IMG/VR virus record: IMGVR_UViG_3300032167_000039
Strand: one strand, 5' to 3'
From: a virus
Taxonomy: Duplodnaviria; Caudoviricetes
Length of the DNA: 64,000 nucleotides
Made by a program: the position numbers and the translations under genes. Shown one piece after another: positions 1 to 10,078 of this stretch (position 1 is its first letter; each line of letters starts with the position of its first letter). The notes below the pieces were generated by a model. That model saw only the letters and a program-made list of their open reading frames with translations, did no database searches and was not told the origin of the DNA.

Positions 1-596
1 TCAATAGTGCCAGGAGTATTTGCAACTCTCATAGCAGTCTTAAGGCTCATGCCACTACGAGGTCTAATCTGAATTTCATAACCAGTAGGAATTGCTACCT
101 TTAAACCAGTTCTAACAAGAACTGTAGTATGAGGTTTAACCGCCATATCTTCAATCGCATAAATATCTGCACCGGCGTCTGTTGTATGTGCATATTCTGG
201 AATAACTGCATCTTCATGAATCTTCTGTACCTTAACATCAATCAATTCTCTTGGAATCTTTACTACAGAGGAAATAAGAGAAGCAGACTGGGAAAGAATA
301 CCAGTAAGAATATCTTTCTTATTTGCAGACAGCGAATCATCTTGATTAATTTCTGCAATCATTTTTTCTACTCCTTCAAGCTCTCCCTGAAGGTTTTCAA
401 CAGGGGATAAAGCAAGTTGAGCAAGAATTTCTTTTCTTACAGCATTTGATCCAAATGCCTTTTCCAATTCTTTCTTCATTTTTGGATAAACTGCATTAAA
501 TTGATTATCGGGTAACTCCAAAAGCTGAATAAGCTGCTCCATTGTCTGATCAGTTCCGGGCATTTCTGTTAGTGTTTTCTTTAAATTACTATTCAT
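1..596 (-). CDS. dut: dUTPase with a ~115 aa N-terminal extension (runs off the window's left edge)
   Basis: Hand translation from ATG at 596: MNSNLKKTLTEMPG...; trimeric dUTPase motifs DAGADIY, QIRPRSG and ANTPGTI. Absent from the ORF track because it is truncated. Confidence 0.9.
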   Translation of the reverse strand, partial: MNSNLKKTLTEMPGTDQTMEQLIQLLELPDNQFNAVYPKMKKELEKAFGSNAVRKEILAQLALSPVENLQGELEGVEKMIAEINQDDSLSANKKDILTGILSQSASLISSVVKIPRELIDVKVQKIHEDAVIPEYAHTTDAGADIYAIEDMAVKPHTTVLVRTGLKVAIPTGYEIQIRPRSGMSLKTAMRVANTPGTI

Positions 597-611
597 TATT
601 TTCTTTCCTCC

Positions 612-1334
612 TTAAACTAATTCCTCTATAATTTCATCAATTACCCCATATTTAAGAGCCTCTTCTGCTGTCATCCATAAGTCATCCTTTCTATGCTTCT
701 TATAATCATCTTCAGTAAGTCTTGTTTGCTTTAAAGTAATTTTGCGAAGCATTGAAAGCTGCTTTTCATAAAACTTAACGCCCTGAAGGAACTTGTGCGC
801 ATCTCCACCGTCTTGTGCGCAACCTTCATGGAACAAATAAGATGAATGAGGATAACCATATCTTTTATGACCAGCACTTCCGATAAAGAATGCTCCACTA
901 TATCCTCTTCCAATTGTAACTGTCCACACAGGCGTCTTTGACATTCTAATAGAGTCAATAATGCTAAAAGTTGCATTAATATCGCCACCGGGGCAATCAA
1001 TATAAATCTTAATTGGCTTTCTTTCTTCTACGGGAACTTCATCTATATCATCTACTGTATTCCAAAATCTAATTGCATCTGAAAAATTAATTGCGGAACC
1101 AGGCTTTATTTCATCACATAAATAAAGTGATCTTTCTAAGAAATTTAGTGTATCTACGCTCTTCTCGGGATCAATTTGACCTTCAGGACTTGTAAGCATT
1201 TCCAATACAGACTCTCCACAACAATCACAATTGTCTGTCATTTCTGTATAAAGTTCTTCTACTGCCTTCTGCACTTCCTCGAGAGGAATCGGCTTTCCAT
1301 TTTCATCTAAAAAATTAATCTGATTCTTTTCCAT
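612..1334 (-). CDS. clpP: ClpP-family protease proteolytic subunit
   Basis: IKIYIDCPGG; GRGYSGA (catalytic Ser); YLFHEG (catalytic His); WMTAEEALKYGVIDEI. Confidence 0.85.
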   Translation of the reverse strand: MEKNQINFLDENGKPIPLEEVQKAVEELYTEMTDNCDCCGESVLEMLTSPEGQIDPEKSVDTLNFLERSLYLCDEIKPGSAINFSDAIRFWNTVDDIDEVPVEERKPIKIYIDCPGGDINATFSIIDSIRMSKTPVWTVTIGRGYSGAFFIGSAGHKRYGYPHSSYLFHEGCAQDGGDAHKFLQGVKFYEKQLSMLRKITLKQTRLTEDDYKKHRKDDLWMTAEEALKYGVIDEIIEELV

Positions 1335-1491
1335 TGTTTGTATCCTCCAATGATGCGATTTCTGCTTTAATATTTGAAATTTCTGTCATTAGCTCACTAA
1401 TATTGGGATTTAAGATAAAGGTTTGTAAGCTTTTTGACAATTCAGTTTCTTTTTCTTTTAATTGAAATTTTAAAGTTTCTAATCTGGTCAT
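1315..1491 (-). CDS. small coiled-coil hypothetical protein (58 aa)
   Basis: MTRLETLKFQLKEKETELSK..., GGAGG RBS, overlaps the clpP start, directly downstream of a sigmaA promoter. Confidence 0.65.
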   Translation of the reverse strand: MTRLETLKFQLKEKETELSKSLQTFILNPNISELMTEISNIKAEIASLEDTNNGKESD

Positions 1492-1527
1492 CTTTATCCC
1501 TCCTTTTATAATATAATTATATCATAA

Positions 1528-2520
1528 TTATTCCCAAAAGTCAATGGAACGAGTGTCCAAAGTTTTGGGATTTTGTTTTAAAAGAAGACGAAGATTTCTT
1601 TTGGATGCAACCATATCCTCAAGTGTCGATATATCTTTATTCTTTCCATAGAATTCATAGAAGGACTCTTGCCCTTTACTTCTACTCCAATTAAAAATAT
1701 CTTCCCATAAACTAAACAAAGGAATAGCTCGTAAATCAATTTGATTAAATTTTTGATGAGTTAATTGTATTCTTTTTCCATCATGCTTAGCAATAAGAAT
1801 CATTTTTACAATTCGTTGAAGATAGACACTTGGATTCATATCAGATTTCCTTGGCTCGGCGGCGAAAAATATATTTTCATAATAATAATTTTCAAAGAAA
1901 TCTTTTGAGAATTCAAAATTTACGATCATTCGTTTATCACTTATATTAGTGATAGGGAAAAATTTTCTAAATGTTTCTTCGTCTTTTGCAATTAAAGGAT
2001 GTAGAAATCTTATATTATAATCTTTCTTATATTCCTTTACAAAATCTTCTGCATTCGGTACATACAAAAAATTTTCGTCTACAACATAAATATAAGTACA
2101 ATTTTTTTTAAAATCTGTGAAATCATTATTCTCTATTCTTATTAAAGAATTTCTTTCTATCTGCTTAAATTGCATTAGATTTTTTATCTTTCCCTCTACC
2201 TCTCCAGTATACGGAAAATAGCTTGGTGGCATGGCGGCAATTTCTGGTTTTAATGGCGTGAATTTGCGATAAAATCCATAGCCATAAATTTGAACTTGCT
2301 CGCCACTTAGAGATAAATGTTTAGGAATGGCTTGTTTAGGATTATTTTTAAAATAAATAATTTGATTATATCTACCTAAGTTATTTTCTTTTGGCATTCC
2401 CATTTTTACAATATCACCACGCTGATAATGGTAATTAAAAACTTTCATAAGTTCGAGGTTCGGAGGTTCAAACTTCTTGCTATGAAGAAGATCTATATCA
2501 TATAAATAAATACTTGCCAT
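1528..2520 (-). CDS. hypothetical protein; N-terminus resembles phage radical-SAM proteins but has no CxxxCxxC
   Basis: YDIDLL...PNLELMKVFNYHYQRGDIV resembles the DVD..PNLALMK.S.YHK..GD.V start of that family; translationally coupled to dnaE. Confidence 0.55.
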   Translation of the reverse strand: MASIYLYDIDLLHSKKFEPPNLELMKVFNYHYQRGDIVKMGMPKENNLGRYNQIIYFKNNPKQAIPKHLSLSGEQVQIYGYGFYRKFTPLKPEIAAMPPSYFPYTGEVEGKIKNLMQFKQIERNSLIRIENNDFTDFKKNCTYIYVVDENFLYVPNAEDFVKEYKKDYNIRFLHPLIAKDEETFRKFFPITNISDKRMIVNFEFSKDFFENYYYENIFFAAEPRKSDMNPSVYLQRIVKMILIAKHDGKRIQLTHQKFNQIDLRAIPLFSLWEDIFNWSRSKGQESFYEFYGKNKDISTLEDMVASKRNLRLLLKQNPKTLDTRSIDFWE

Positions 2521-5500
2521 TAATCTACCTCCGTACGTTCTGTTTGGTTTTCTGTGATAAATCCATTGTCACTCATTTCAATAATTTTTTCAAAGAGCGG
2601 CCATTCAGTATTCTTATATTTTTTAGGAATGAAATTGTCGTCTCTTCTGATACCAGTAATAATCAATTTATTACCTCTCTGAAAAAAGCTCTTTTCTACT
2701 ACTGTCTTTGTTCCATCAGGATTTTTTCTTGCAATCTGTCTGTCCCAAATTGCATACTGATTTTTCCAAACCTTTACAGTTACAACACCATCTGGAGTAA
2801 GTAGAATTACACTACTTTTATTTTTATCCTTATCAATAACTGTTCCTGCAATACGAGAGATTTTATACATATTAATCTTTTTATCATCCTTTTCAAAAGA
2901 ACGCTCAATTTCAGGCTCTTCTGATAAATCAAAGAAATTAACAATATCATAAACTTCGTTCTTTAAATTTTTAAGCTCGTGTTCATGATAATAGAAGCCT
3001 AAAGAGTCCATTTCCCACTTACTAATACTTCCTTCTGTATATTTTTCTGCAACCAATTCTACAAGTTTTGCATTGAGTGTATTCAGAATTTCTTGCTGAT
3101 TTTTCTTCATCCAATCTCTAACTGGATCCATAGCTTTCTTATAAGTATTATCCCAAGTAGACTGAGAAATTAATGCTGTTTGTTCATCACCATTTACAAC
3201 AACATTTTTTAACACACTATCGTCATAATTTTCTGTGAAGAATCTCATGGCAATTGAGTCAAGTCGATAATCAGAACCTTCCTTAAACTTTTTTATATAC
3301 TTATTGAAATTAAATACTTTAACTTCAAAAGAGTATTCTTCTGGGATTAAATCAAGTTCAATTAATTTCTGCATATTTTGTAAAGTAATTCTCTTCTTCT
3401 TATCTGCAATCAGCTCAAGATAATCATTCATCGCCGCCTCACGATTACCGCACAACGAGTCAAATGCTCCAGATTTAATCAGTGCAATCATCTGTGTTTT
3501 ATTAACCTTAATTTTTCCTAAGAAATCTTCAATTGAAGTATAAGGTCTCTTTGAAATAATATCATAAACAAGTTGTGTACCAATTCTTGTAATACCCTTC
3601 AATCCATATACAATAGAATTTTGTTCAAGGTCGGGCGCAAAGATTAAAGAAGAACGATTAATATCTGGCGGCAATACTGAAATGCCCTTTTTCTGCGTTT
3701 CTCCAATTGCCGTACTAATCTTACCATAGTTTACACTCTTATTTTTCTTCTTTTCAGTTTCTTCTTCATCATCATCTACATCATCTGCATCCATAAGTTC
3801 TGCACCGCCGGCGTTTACAATAAGACAAGCACAATTCCAAAATACCTCTGGGAAATTTGTTGCAAGATAAAGAGTTTGAATACCTACGAAACTATATGCA
3901 AGAGCATGAGGTTTTGCAAATGCATATGACATCTGTGGCTCCATGACTGTTTCCCATACATATTCTCCAAGCACTCTATTTGGACACTGAGAAATAAACT
4001 TCTCTTTAAGCTCTGGAACTTTCTTAACCTGCTTTTTAGCCACAATCTTTCTTGCCATATTTGCTTCAGCAAGAGTAAAATGAGCAATATTCTTATCCAT
4101 ACATACTTCCATAAGATCCTCTTGGCTACAGGGCGTTCCGAAGTTGGGAAGATAATATGGTTCAAGAATTTTAATTTCTTCTTCAGATAATCCTCTATTT
4201 CTTACCTCTCTATACCATAATTGCATATCATTCTTAAGGCGGCAATATCTATCCATAGGACGCTCTTTGCCTTTTTCGCCCATAAGACGCATAAGAGCAT
4301 TAGCAGAAGTTAACTGAACAGGATCTCTTGGTTTAATTTGTTTTGCAGTTGCCAATCCTACACCAGTGCTAAACTGGAATACATCCATTACTGTACCATT
4401 TCCAAGCGCATCCCACATACGATTATCTTCAAGGTTTAATACAGCTGGATGGAGATATTGGTCATAAACCTGTCTCAACCCTAAATCTCTTTCAAAAAAT
4501 CCATCTTTCTGTAACATATCAATGCAAATAGTAATTTTATCGCAAATTTCAGTAACGAGGAAGTCATATTTTACGTCGCCGCACTGCTCGCTCATATGAA
4601 GATCAAACTGTGTAGTCAAATCTCCATTAGGACTTCTCATTAATGCATTAGTGTCATAAGGAGAATTATTATAAAGAATTACACCAGAAGCATGCTGTCC
4701 TCTTTTGCAAATAAGTCCTTCAATGGATTGAATAATCTTTAACAGTCCCGGATACTTACTTACTTCCTTTATAAAAGTTTCATTGGGATTTCTATCTTTC
4801 TCCTCATTACCATAAACTACATCATGAATTGACCACAGGAAACCTCTTTCCATTGGAATAAGACCACTTAAAAACTGAGCTGTTTCTACTTCAATACCAT
4901 CAGGATATTCTTCACTTCTATAACCACGACATGCAGCGGCAATAGCTGAACGAGTTCCTTCTGTACCAAAAGTACAAACTTGTACACAATTAAGTTCTCC
5001 TCTTTCTTTACGAATTGCTTCAAAGATTTTTTTACGCTTTGAGGGGGTTAAATCAGTGTCGATATCAGGGAGCTCCACTCGATCCTCATTTAAAAATCTC
5101 CAGTAAGGAAGATTCCAAACCACTGGGTCAAGCTGTGTAATACCTAAAAGATAATTAGATAAGAAACATACTGCGGAACCTCTTCCAGGCCCTACAAGAG
5201 AACCGCATTCCCAGAACAAATCAATGAAGTGCTGGAAAGTATTAAAGTATTTAAACAAACAATCTCCAAGTTTTTCTCCAATTGTTTTAATTACTCTTGC
5301 TTCGGTTTCGAGTCTTTCAAGATAAGTAAAATTAGAAAGATTTTTTCTTGTTAAAGCAAGTAGACATTCATTTACCCAATATCTCTCCTGAATTTCATTA
5401 CTGCTTCTAAGTGAAAATAATGTCGGATATTCTGACAATGAATTATCAATTTGAGGATAATAATCTTTTACTTTTACTTCTGGGATAATTGGATTTCTAA

Positions 5501-6428
5501 AGATATCATAACTTTCAATTTTATTATAAATCTCCATAGAATTTTCACAAAATCCCTTGAAATCCTCCTCAGAATAAATATCTGAAATATATCCATATGC
5601 CTCTTCATTATCCATCATATGAGCAAAATAATAGAAGTTATCTACTTCTCGTTCGCCTTCTTTTGAATTAAGATAAGCCTTATGAAGCTCTCTTTCATTG
5701 GCTGTAAGATAATGTGCGTCAGAACCAATTACAATTTTAATTCCCTGAGATTCTGCAATCGATTTAATTCTCTGATTAAATACTTTTTGATCTTTTGAGT
5801 CTGCGGCGGCAATTTCAATATAAAAGTCATCGCCAAATAAACCAACACAATATCTTAAAAATGCAATAATTTCAAGTTTAATATTAAGAACTTCTTCTTC
5901 ACTTAAACCTTTCTTCTCAGCATCTACAAGCTTAGCTACTAAATGAGGAAGTTCGCCGCCAAGACAGGCACTTGTTGCAATCAAAGTATTGGGATATTTT
6001 TTTACGATTTCTGCAAGTTCATCTTTTTGAGTGGGAACTCTCATAAGTCCTTTAGATGAAAAACCATTATACCAAGCAATTGAACTCAGCTCTCTTAAGG
6101 CTCTATGTCCTTGGGTGTTTTTCGCCACTAAGATGAAATGCCAATAACGTTGAATGTTATTTCTATCATCAACAAGATAAATTTCATTACCACAAGCACA
6201 TTTAAAATCTTCTGGAATCTTGCCCGCTTTCTTCAATTCTTTTTCTGTGTTAAGCCATTTTACATGACCAGATACGGTTTCATGATCTGTTAAAGCAATA
6301 CCTTTCATACCTAATTTATGTGCTGTTAAAATCATATCCTCTGCTCTGTTGATGCTGTCGATAAGTCGCAAGTTTGAAAATTCACTGTGAGAATGATTAT
6401 CAAATCTTGGTAAATTTTTAATATCCAT
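2520..6428 (-). CDS. dnaE: DNA polymerase III alpha subunit (family C, PHP domain)
   Basis: HSHSEFS and ALTDH (PHP), GPGRGSA, PDIDTD catalytic motif, QHASGV, KYDFL, C-terminal OB fold. Confidence 0.97.
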   Translation of the reverse strand: MDIKNLPRFDNHSHSEFSNLRLIDSINRAEDMILTAHKLGMKGIALTDHETVSGHVKWLNTEKELKKAGKIPEDFKCACGNEIYLVDDRNNIQRYWHFILVAKNTQGHRALRELSSIAWYNGFSSKGLMRVPTQKDELAEIVKKYPNTLIATSACLGGELPHLVAKLVDAEKKGLSEEEVLNIKLEIIAFLRYCVGLFGDDFYIEIAAADSKDQKVFNQRIKSIAESQGIKIVIGSDAHYLTANERELHKAYLNSKEGEREVDNFYYFAHMMDNEEAYGYISDIYSEEDFKGFCENSMEIYNKIESYDIFRNPIIPEVKVKDYYPQIDNSLSEYPTLFSLRSSNEIQERYWVNECLLALTRKNLSNFTYLERLETEARVIKTIGEKLGDCLFKYFNTFQHFIDLFWECGSLVGPGRGSAVCFLSNYLLGITQLDPVVWNLPYWRFLNEDRVELPDIDTDLTPSKRKKIFEAIRKERGELNCVQVCTFGTEGTRSAIAAACRGYRSEEYPDGIEVETAQFLSGLIPMERGFLWSIHDVVYGNEEKDRNPNETFIKEVSKYPGLLKIIQSIEGLICKRGQHASGVILYNNSPYDTNALMRSPNGDLTTQFDLHMSEQCGDVKYDFLVTEICDKITICIDMLQKDGFFERDLGLRQVYDQYLHPAVLNLEDNRMWDALGNGTVMDVFQFSTGVGLATAKQIKPRDPVQLTSANALMRLMGEKGKERPMDRYCRLKNDMQLWYREVRNRGLSEEEIKILEPYYLPNFGTPCSQEDLMEVCMDKNIAHFTLAEANMARKIVAKKQVKKVPELKEKFISQCPNRVLGEYVWETVMEPQMSYAFAKPHALAYSFVGIQTLYLATNFPEVFWNCACLIVNAGGAELMDADDVDDDEEETEKKKNKSVNYGKISTAIGETQKKGISVLPPDINRSSLIFAPDLEQNSIVYGLKGITRIGTQLVYDIISKRPYTSIEDFLGKIKVNKTQMIALIKSGAFDSLCGNREAAMNDYLELIADKKKRITLQNMQKLIELDLIPEEYSFEVKVFNFNKYIKKFKEGSDYRLDSIAMRFFTENYDDSVLKNVVVNGDEQTALISQSTWDNTYKKAMDPVRDWMKKNQQEILNTLNAKLVELVAEKYTEGSISKWEMDSLGFYYHEHELKNLKNEVYDIVNFFDLSEEPEIERSFEKDDKKINMYKISRIAGTVIDKDKNKSSVILLTPDGVVTVKVWKNQYAIWDRQIARKNPDGTKTVVEKSFFQRGNKLIITGIRRDDNFIPKKYKNTEWPLFEKIIEMSDNGFITENQTERTEVD

Positions 6429-6522
6429 AATATCACTCCTTCTAAGAAAACTGTAGAGTATTTATTACATAAGTTTTCCTTTTTATATTAATATTATATC
6501 ATAATTCATGAAAAAGTCAAAG

Positions 6523-7656
6523 TTATTTATCACTTTTTTTTCGATTACATTTCCAACACAATGTTTCTAAGTTTTCTGGTACAGAAGGACCCCATTTGGA
6601 AACTGGATGGATATGATCTACCTCTAATAATAAATTAGGTTCTTTCTTTATAGAGTTTCCGCACTTCTTACAGGTATAATCATCTCTAAATAAAATCCAT
6701 TGTCTTAGAGTTTTTCCATCTTTATAGATTCGATTCATTTTATTTCTTTCTTCTTTAATGAAATTCTGCGTTGCACCATTAGTAGTTGAAGTTGAAGTTA
6801 GTTTCTGTGTGGATAGAGGGGTAATTAAAGATAATTCCGACTCCAGTTTATTTTTAATATTTTCCTTTACTTCAGAAATCTTTTCTAAATAATTTTTTAT
6901 ATTTTTATCATATTCTTCCTGACAAGATAAAAGAAGAAAATCCAATCTTTTTAGTTCTTCTTCTGCTTCATCTATTTTTCTGAGGTTTAAACCAATAGAA
7001 TTCTGATATTCTAGAATATTCTTTTGATAAAATTTTATCTTTCGACTAAAAAGAAATCTAAAAATCCGTCTTTCCTGTTTTTCTATATATTCTTGTCTAT
7101 ATTTAATTGAACACTCAACATTTTTATTTTGATCTTCTAAATCTTTTTTTGTATTAAAATTTTCTTTTATTTTTCTTCTAACATATTCAAGTTCTTGCAG
7201 AGAATTATTCTTTTTCATTCCAAGAGTTTCTTCTATTTTTTGAAGCTGTGTTCTCTCCATAATAGAATATTTTTTTTCAATTTGAGATTTTAAATACCAC
7301 GAGGGGAACAAATTATGTGGAATCTTTTCAAAAATCAAGGGAATTGCATTTTTAATAATCTCATCGGTATTTGTATTAAGTTGCTCCAATACTTCATTTG
7401 TTAAAGTTAACTTCTTTTGTTTTTCTGTTTGTGTATATTTCCAATTAGAATAAAGCTTATATGAATTTCCACAATATGAAAATTTCTTTTCTACAGTTCT
7501 TTTTCCTTTAATCACTGTATAAAAAATGGTTATCTTTCTTGTTGTTTCTTCAAAAATTACTGAATTAATTTTAATTTCTTCTGTGGGCCCTTGATAGTTT
7601 TGATTTTGAGCTATTTTTACTAATCTTTCTTTTTCTGCATCGTATTTGTATGCCAT
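6523..7656 (-). CDS. coiled-coil protein with C-terminal HNH endonuclease
   Basis: RDDYTCKKCG...LEVDHIHPVSKWG...NLETLCWKCNRKKS; long central coiled coil; own sigmaA promoter at 7688-7716. Confidence 0.85.
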   Translation of the reverse strand: MAYKYDAEKERLVKIAQNQNYQGPTEEIKINSVIFEETTRKITIFYTVIKGKRTVEKKFSYCGNSYKLYSNWKYTQTEKQKKLTLTNEVLEQLNTNTDEIIKNAIPLIFEKIPHNLFPSWYLKSQIEKKYSIMERTQLQKIEETLGMKKNNSLQELEYVRRKIKENFNTKKDLEDQNKNVECSIKYRQEYIEKQERRIFRFLFSRKIKFYQKNILEYQNSIGLNLRKIDEAEEELKRLDFLLLSCQEEYDKNIKNYLEKISEVKENIKNKLESELSLITPLSTQKLTSTSTTNGATQNFIKEERNKMNRIYKDGKTLRQWILFRDDYTCKKCGNSIKKEPNLLLEVDHIHPVSKWGPSVPENLETLCWKCNRKKSDK

Positions 7657-7742
7657 AAATAAATGCTCCTTTCTTCTTTATATTAATATTATATCACAAT
7701 TTATAGAAAAAGTCAAGAGGGATAATCTCTTGACTCTTCTTT

Positions 7743-7940
7743 TTACCATCTCATAACAATTTTAACAATATAGTAAGAGTCAATTACTTCACCTTTAGAT
7801 TTCTTTTCCTTTAGGGTTGCGGTATGACTTACTACCTCATACCCCTCTGTTCGAGATTTTTCTTTAAAACTTTCAATAAGTGCCATTGCCTCTTCTTCTG
7901 TGTCAACTCTAATTTCATCAGTTCTTTTCATAATTTCCAT
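7743..7940 (-). CDS. conserved-looking phage hypothetical protein (65 aa)
   Basis: Likely start MEIMKRTDE at 7940 after GAGGAGG. Confidence 0.7.
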   Translation of the reverse strand: MEIMKRTDEIRVDTEEEAMALIESFKEKSRTEGYEVVSHTATLKEKKSKGEVIDSYYIVKIVMRW

Positions 7941-7941
7941 A

Positions 7942-8268
7942 TTATATTTCCTCCTCATTTTGTTTCTTATATTCATTAACATACGCCTCAATTATCTCTT
8001 CATTACAAATACTGCCACATATATTCCATGGATAATCAGCACCAGTATTCTCCTTAGCATACTGATGAGACAATGAATACCACGTATCTTGTTCAATTAT
8101 TTGTTTTCCACAAATGGGACAATATCTTATTTTACCTTCTACATTCACTGGAGTGCCATTATATTCAATAAAGTTGGCAATAACAATTTTATTTAATTTA
8201 TTTGGATTTTCTGGCCAGCAAAACCAACATCTTGTGTCATCCGGTGTAGTTATAATATTAATAGGCAT
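7942..8268 (-). CDS. hypothetical zinc-ribbon protein
   Basis: CWFC and YCPICG pairs; GGAGG RBS. Confidence 0.65.
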   Translation of the reverse strand: MPINIITTPDDTRCWFCWPENPNKLNKIVIANFIEYNGTPVNVEGKIRYCPICGKQIIEQDTWYSLSHQYAKENTGADYPWNICGSICNEEIIEAYVNEYKKQNEEEI

Positions 8269-8280
8269 AATATTTCCTCC

Positions 8281-10077
8281 TTAAAAACCATATTTATCTA
8301 CTTCATTAATTTCAATCTCTTCAATGAAAATTTGAGGGGTTTCTCGTCCTCCCCAAGAATTTACTTTACCCTTGCCCGCAACAGTAATAGAAATTTTATC
8401 ACTATACTGTGCAAATTCATTAATTAAATCCTTGGCTTTAAATTTAATATAAGTAATGTCATTAAATACAAACTTAAGAGTATCTTTATTTGAACCAATA
8501 GTCTGAATCGCAGAAGTATTAATTGTAATATTTTCTGAAATGATGATTGGCTCAGCACAATTCTGTCCATAAAAATCCTTACCACGATTCAAATCAAGTA
8601 TCAAGTCGCTAAGATATGAACAATTTCCATTAACAACGAAATCTGCTTCATAAAAACCTTCATTGAAATTAATATCTGCCAATTCTCTATTGGCATATTC
8701 ATAAAGCTTTGGAACGTCACTCGCTTTAATCGAAAATCCTGCGGCATTAGCATGACCTTCAACATACTCCATATATCCACTCTTAAGCAAAAATTCCTTG
8801 AAGTCCTTAAGTTCAGATTCTCCTCTACCTCTCATTGAACCTTTAAGATATCCATCATTATTAATTCTACCAAGTAATACAGGCTTTTTATGGTCGGCGG
8901 CAACACCCATTGCACAGAGACCAGTTAGAGTATTTGATACATCTAATTCATCTGCATTAAGAATAAGAATTTTATTATCATCAAGACAATCATTTGAAAT
9001 CTGAATATCCAAAAGGTCAAGTGCTTTATCCTTTTCTCTGTTTTGTCTTGCACGAGCATTGGCACAGTTTCTTGCACTTTGTTCTGCTAAAGTTTCCATT
9101 TCTCCCTTATGTCCTCTCTTTGTAGAAGGCACCATTTCATCTCCTTTAATAAATGATTTAAAGAGAATTTCCTTCTCACTCGGAGTTCCTACTCTAATAA
9201 GAGCATTGATGAGGGGCGCAATATAAAATGCGACTTGAATTGGTGTTAGCTTTGCATTGTCCAAAAATGTTTCAGTAAGAGCGTCTGTTGCTAAACCAAA
9301 AATTGAGTAGCCTTGTTGTTTAACAAGCTTTCTTAGTCCAAAATTCTTTAAGTGACTAAAACCATAATCACAGATATATCTATTTTCAAGAGTATTAAGA
9401 TCCATCATATCTCCGCACATTCCTGCAGCAACTAAATCAAGGTAATCATCTGCTCCATTGATGTTGAACTGACTATCGCAGTACTGTAGGAATTTATATA
9501 CTACACCAACACCACTAAGGCTCTTATTAGGATAGTTTTTAGAAAGCTGATTATTAATAACAACAGCATCTTTACTATACTTTTCTGCTTCATGGTGATC
9601 AAGAACTAGAATATCATATCCCATATCTTTAAGAATTTTATGATATTCATAATCATTACTTGAGCTATCTGGAAGAACAATAATATCATAATTCTTTTGC
9701 GGAGTAAGAATATTCATAAGAGTATCAAGACCATGTTCCTTTCCATCGGGAATGTGATAGTCAATTGTAAAATTAGGATACTTTTCTCTAAGATGGTTTT
9801 CCATATAATTAATCATAACAGCAGAAGAAGTAATACCATCAGCATCACTATCGACTACAAAATAAAACTTATTGCCTGCCGCCAAATGCTTAGTAAATAA
9901 ATTATATCCTTCTTCCATGTGATCAAGCTTTAGAGGATCATACATGTTTTCTCTCGTGGGCTTAAAAAACTTTTGATGATATTCATTATCATTTTCAGGA
10001 ATAATTCCTCTATCAATTAGAAGATTTTTCAAAAAATCTTCTTTAATTGTATAAGATGTTGTCTGCATGTACTTCAT
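8281..10077 (-). CDS. recJ: RecJ-like ssDNA exonuclease (DHH/DHHA1)
   Basis: DSDADG, EHGL, LDHH, GSMRG, GHANAAG. Confidence 0.93.
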   Translation of the reverse strand: MKYMQTTSYTIKEDFLKNLLIDRGIIPENDNEYHQKFFKPTRENMYDPLKLDHMEEGYNLFTKHLAAGNKFYFVVDSDADGITSSAVMINYMENHLREKYPNFTIDYHIPDGKEHGLDTLMNILTPQKNYDIIVLPDSSSNDYEYHKILKDMGYDILVLDHHEAEKYSKDAVVINNQLSKNYPNKSLSGVGVVYKFLQYCDSQFNINGADDYLDLVAAGMCGDMMDLNTLENRYICDYGFSHLKNFGLRKLVKQQGYSIFGLATDALTETFLDNAKLTPIQVAFYIAPLINALIRVGTPSEKEILFKSFIKGDEMVPSTKRGHKGEMETLAEQSARNCANARARQNREKDKALDLLDIQISNDCLDDNKILILNADELDVSNTLTGLCAMGVAADHKKPVLLGRINNDGYLKGSMRGRGESELKDFKEFLLKSGYMEYVEGHANAAGFSIKASDVPKLYEYANRELADINFNEGFYEADFVVNGNCSYLSDLILDLNRGKDFYGQNCAEPIIISENITINTSAIQTIGSNKDTLKFVFNDITYIKFKAKDLINEFAQYSDKISITVAGKGKVNSWGGRETPQIFIEEIEINEVDKYGF

Positions 10078-10078
10078 A

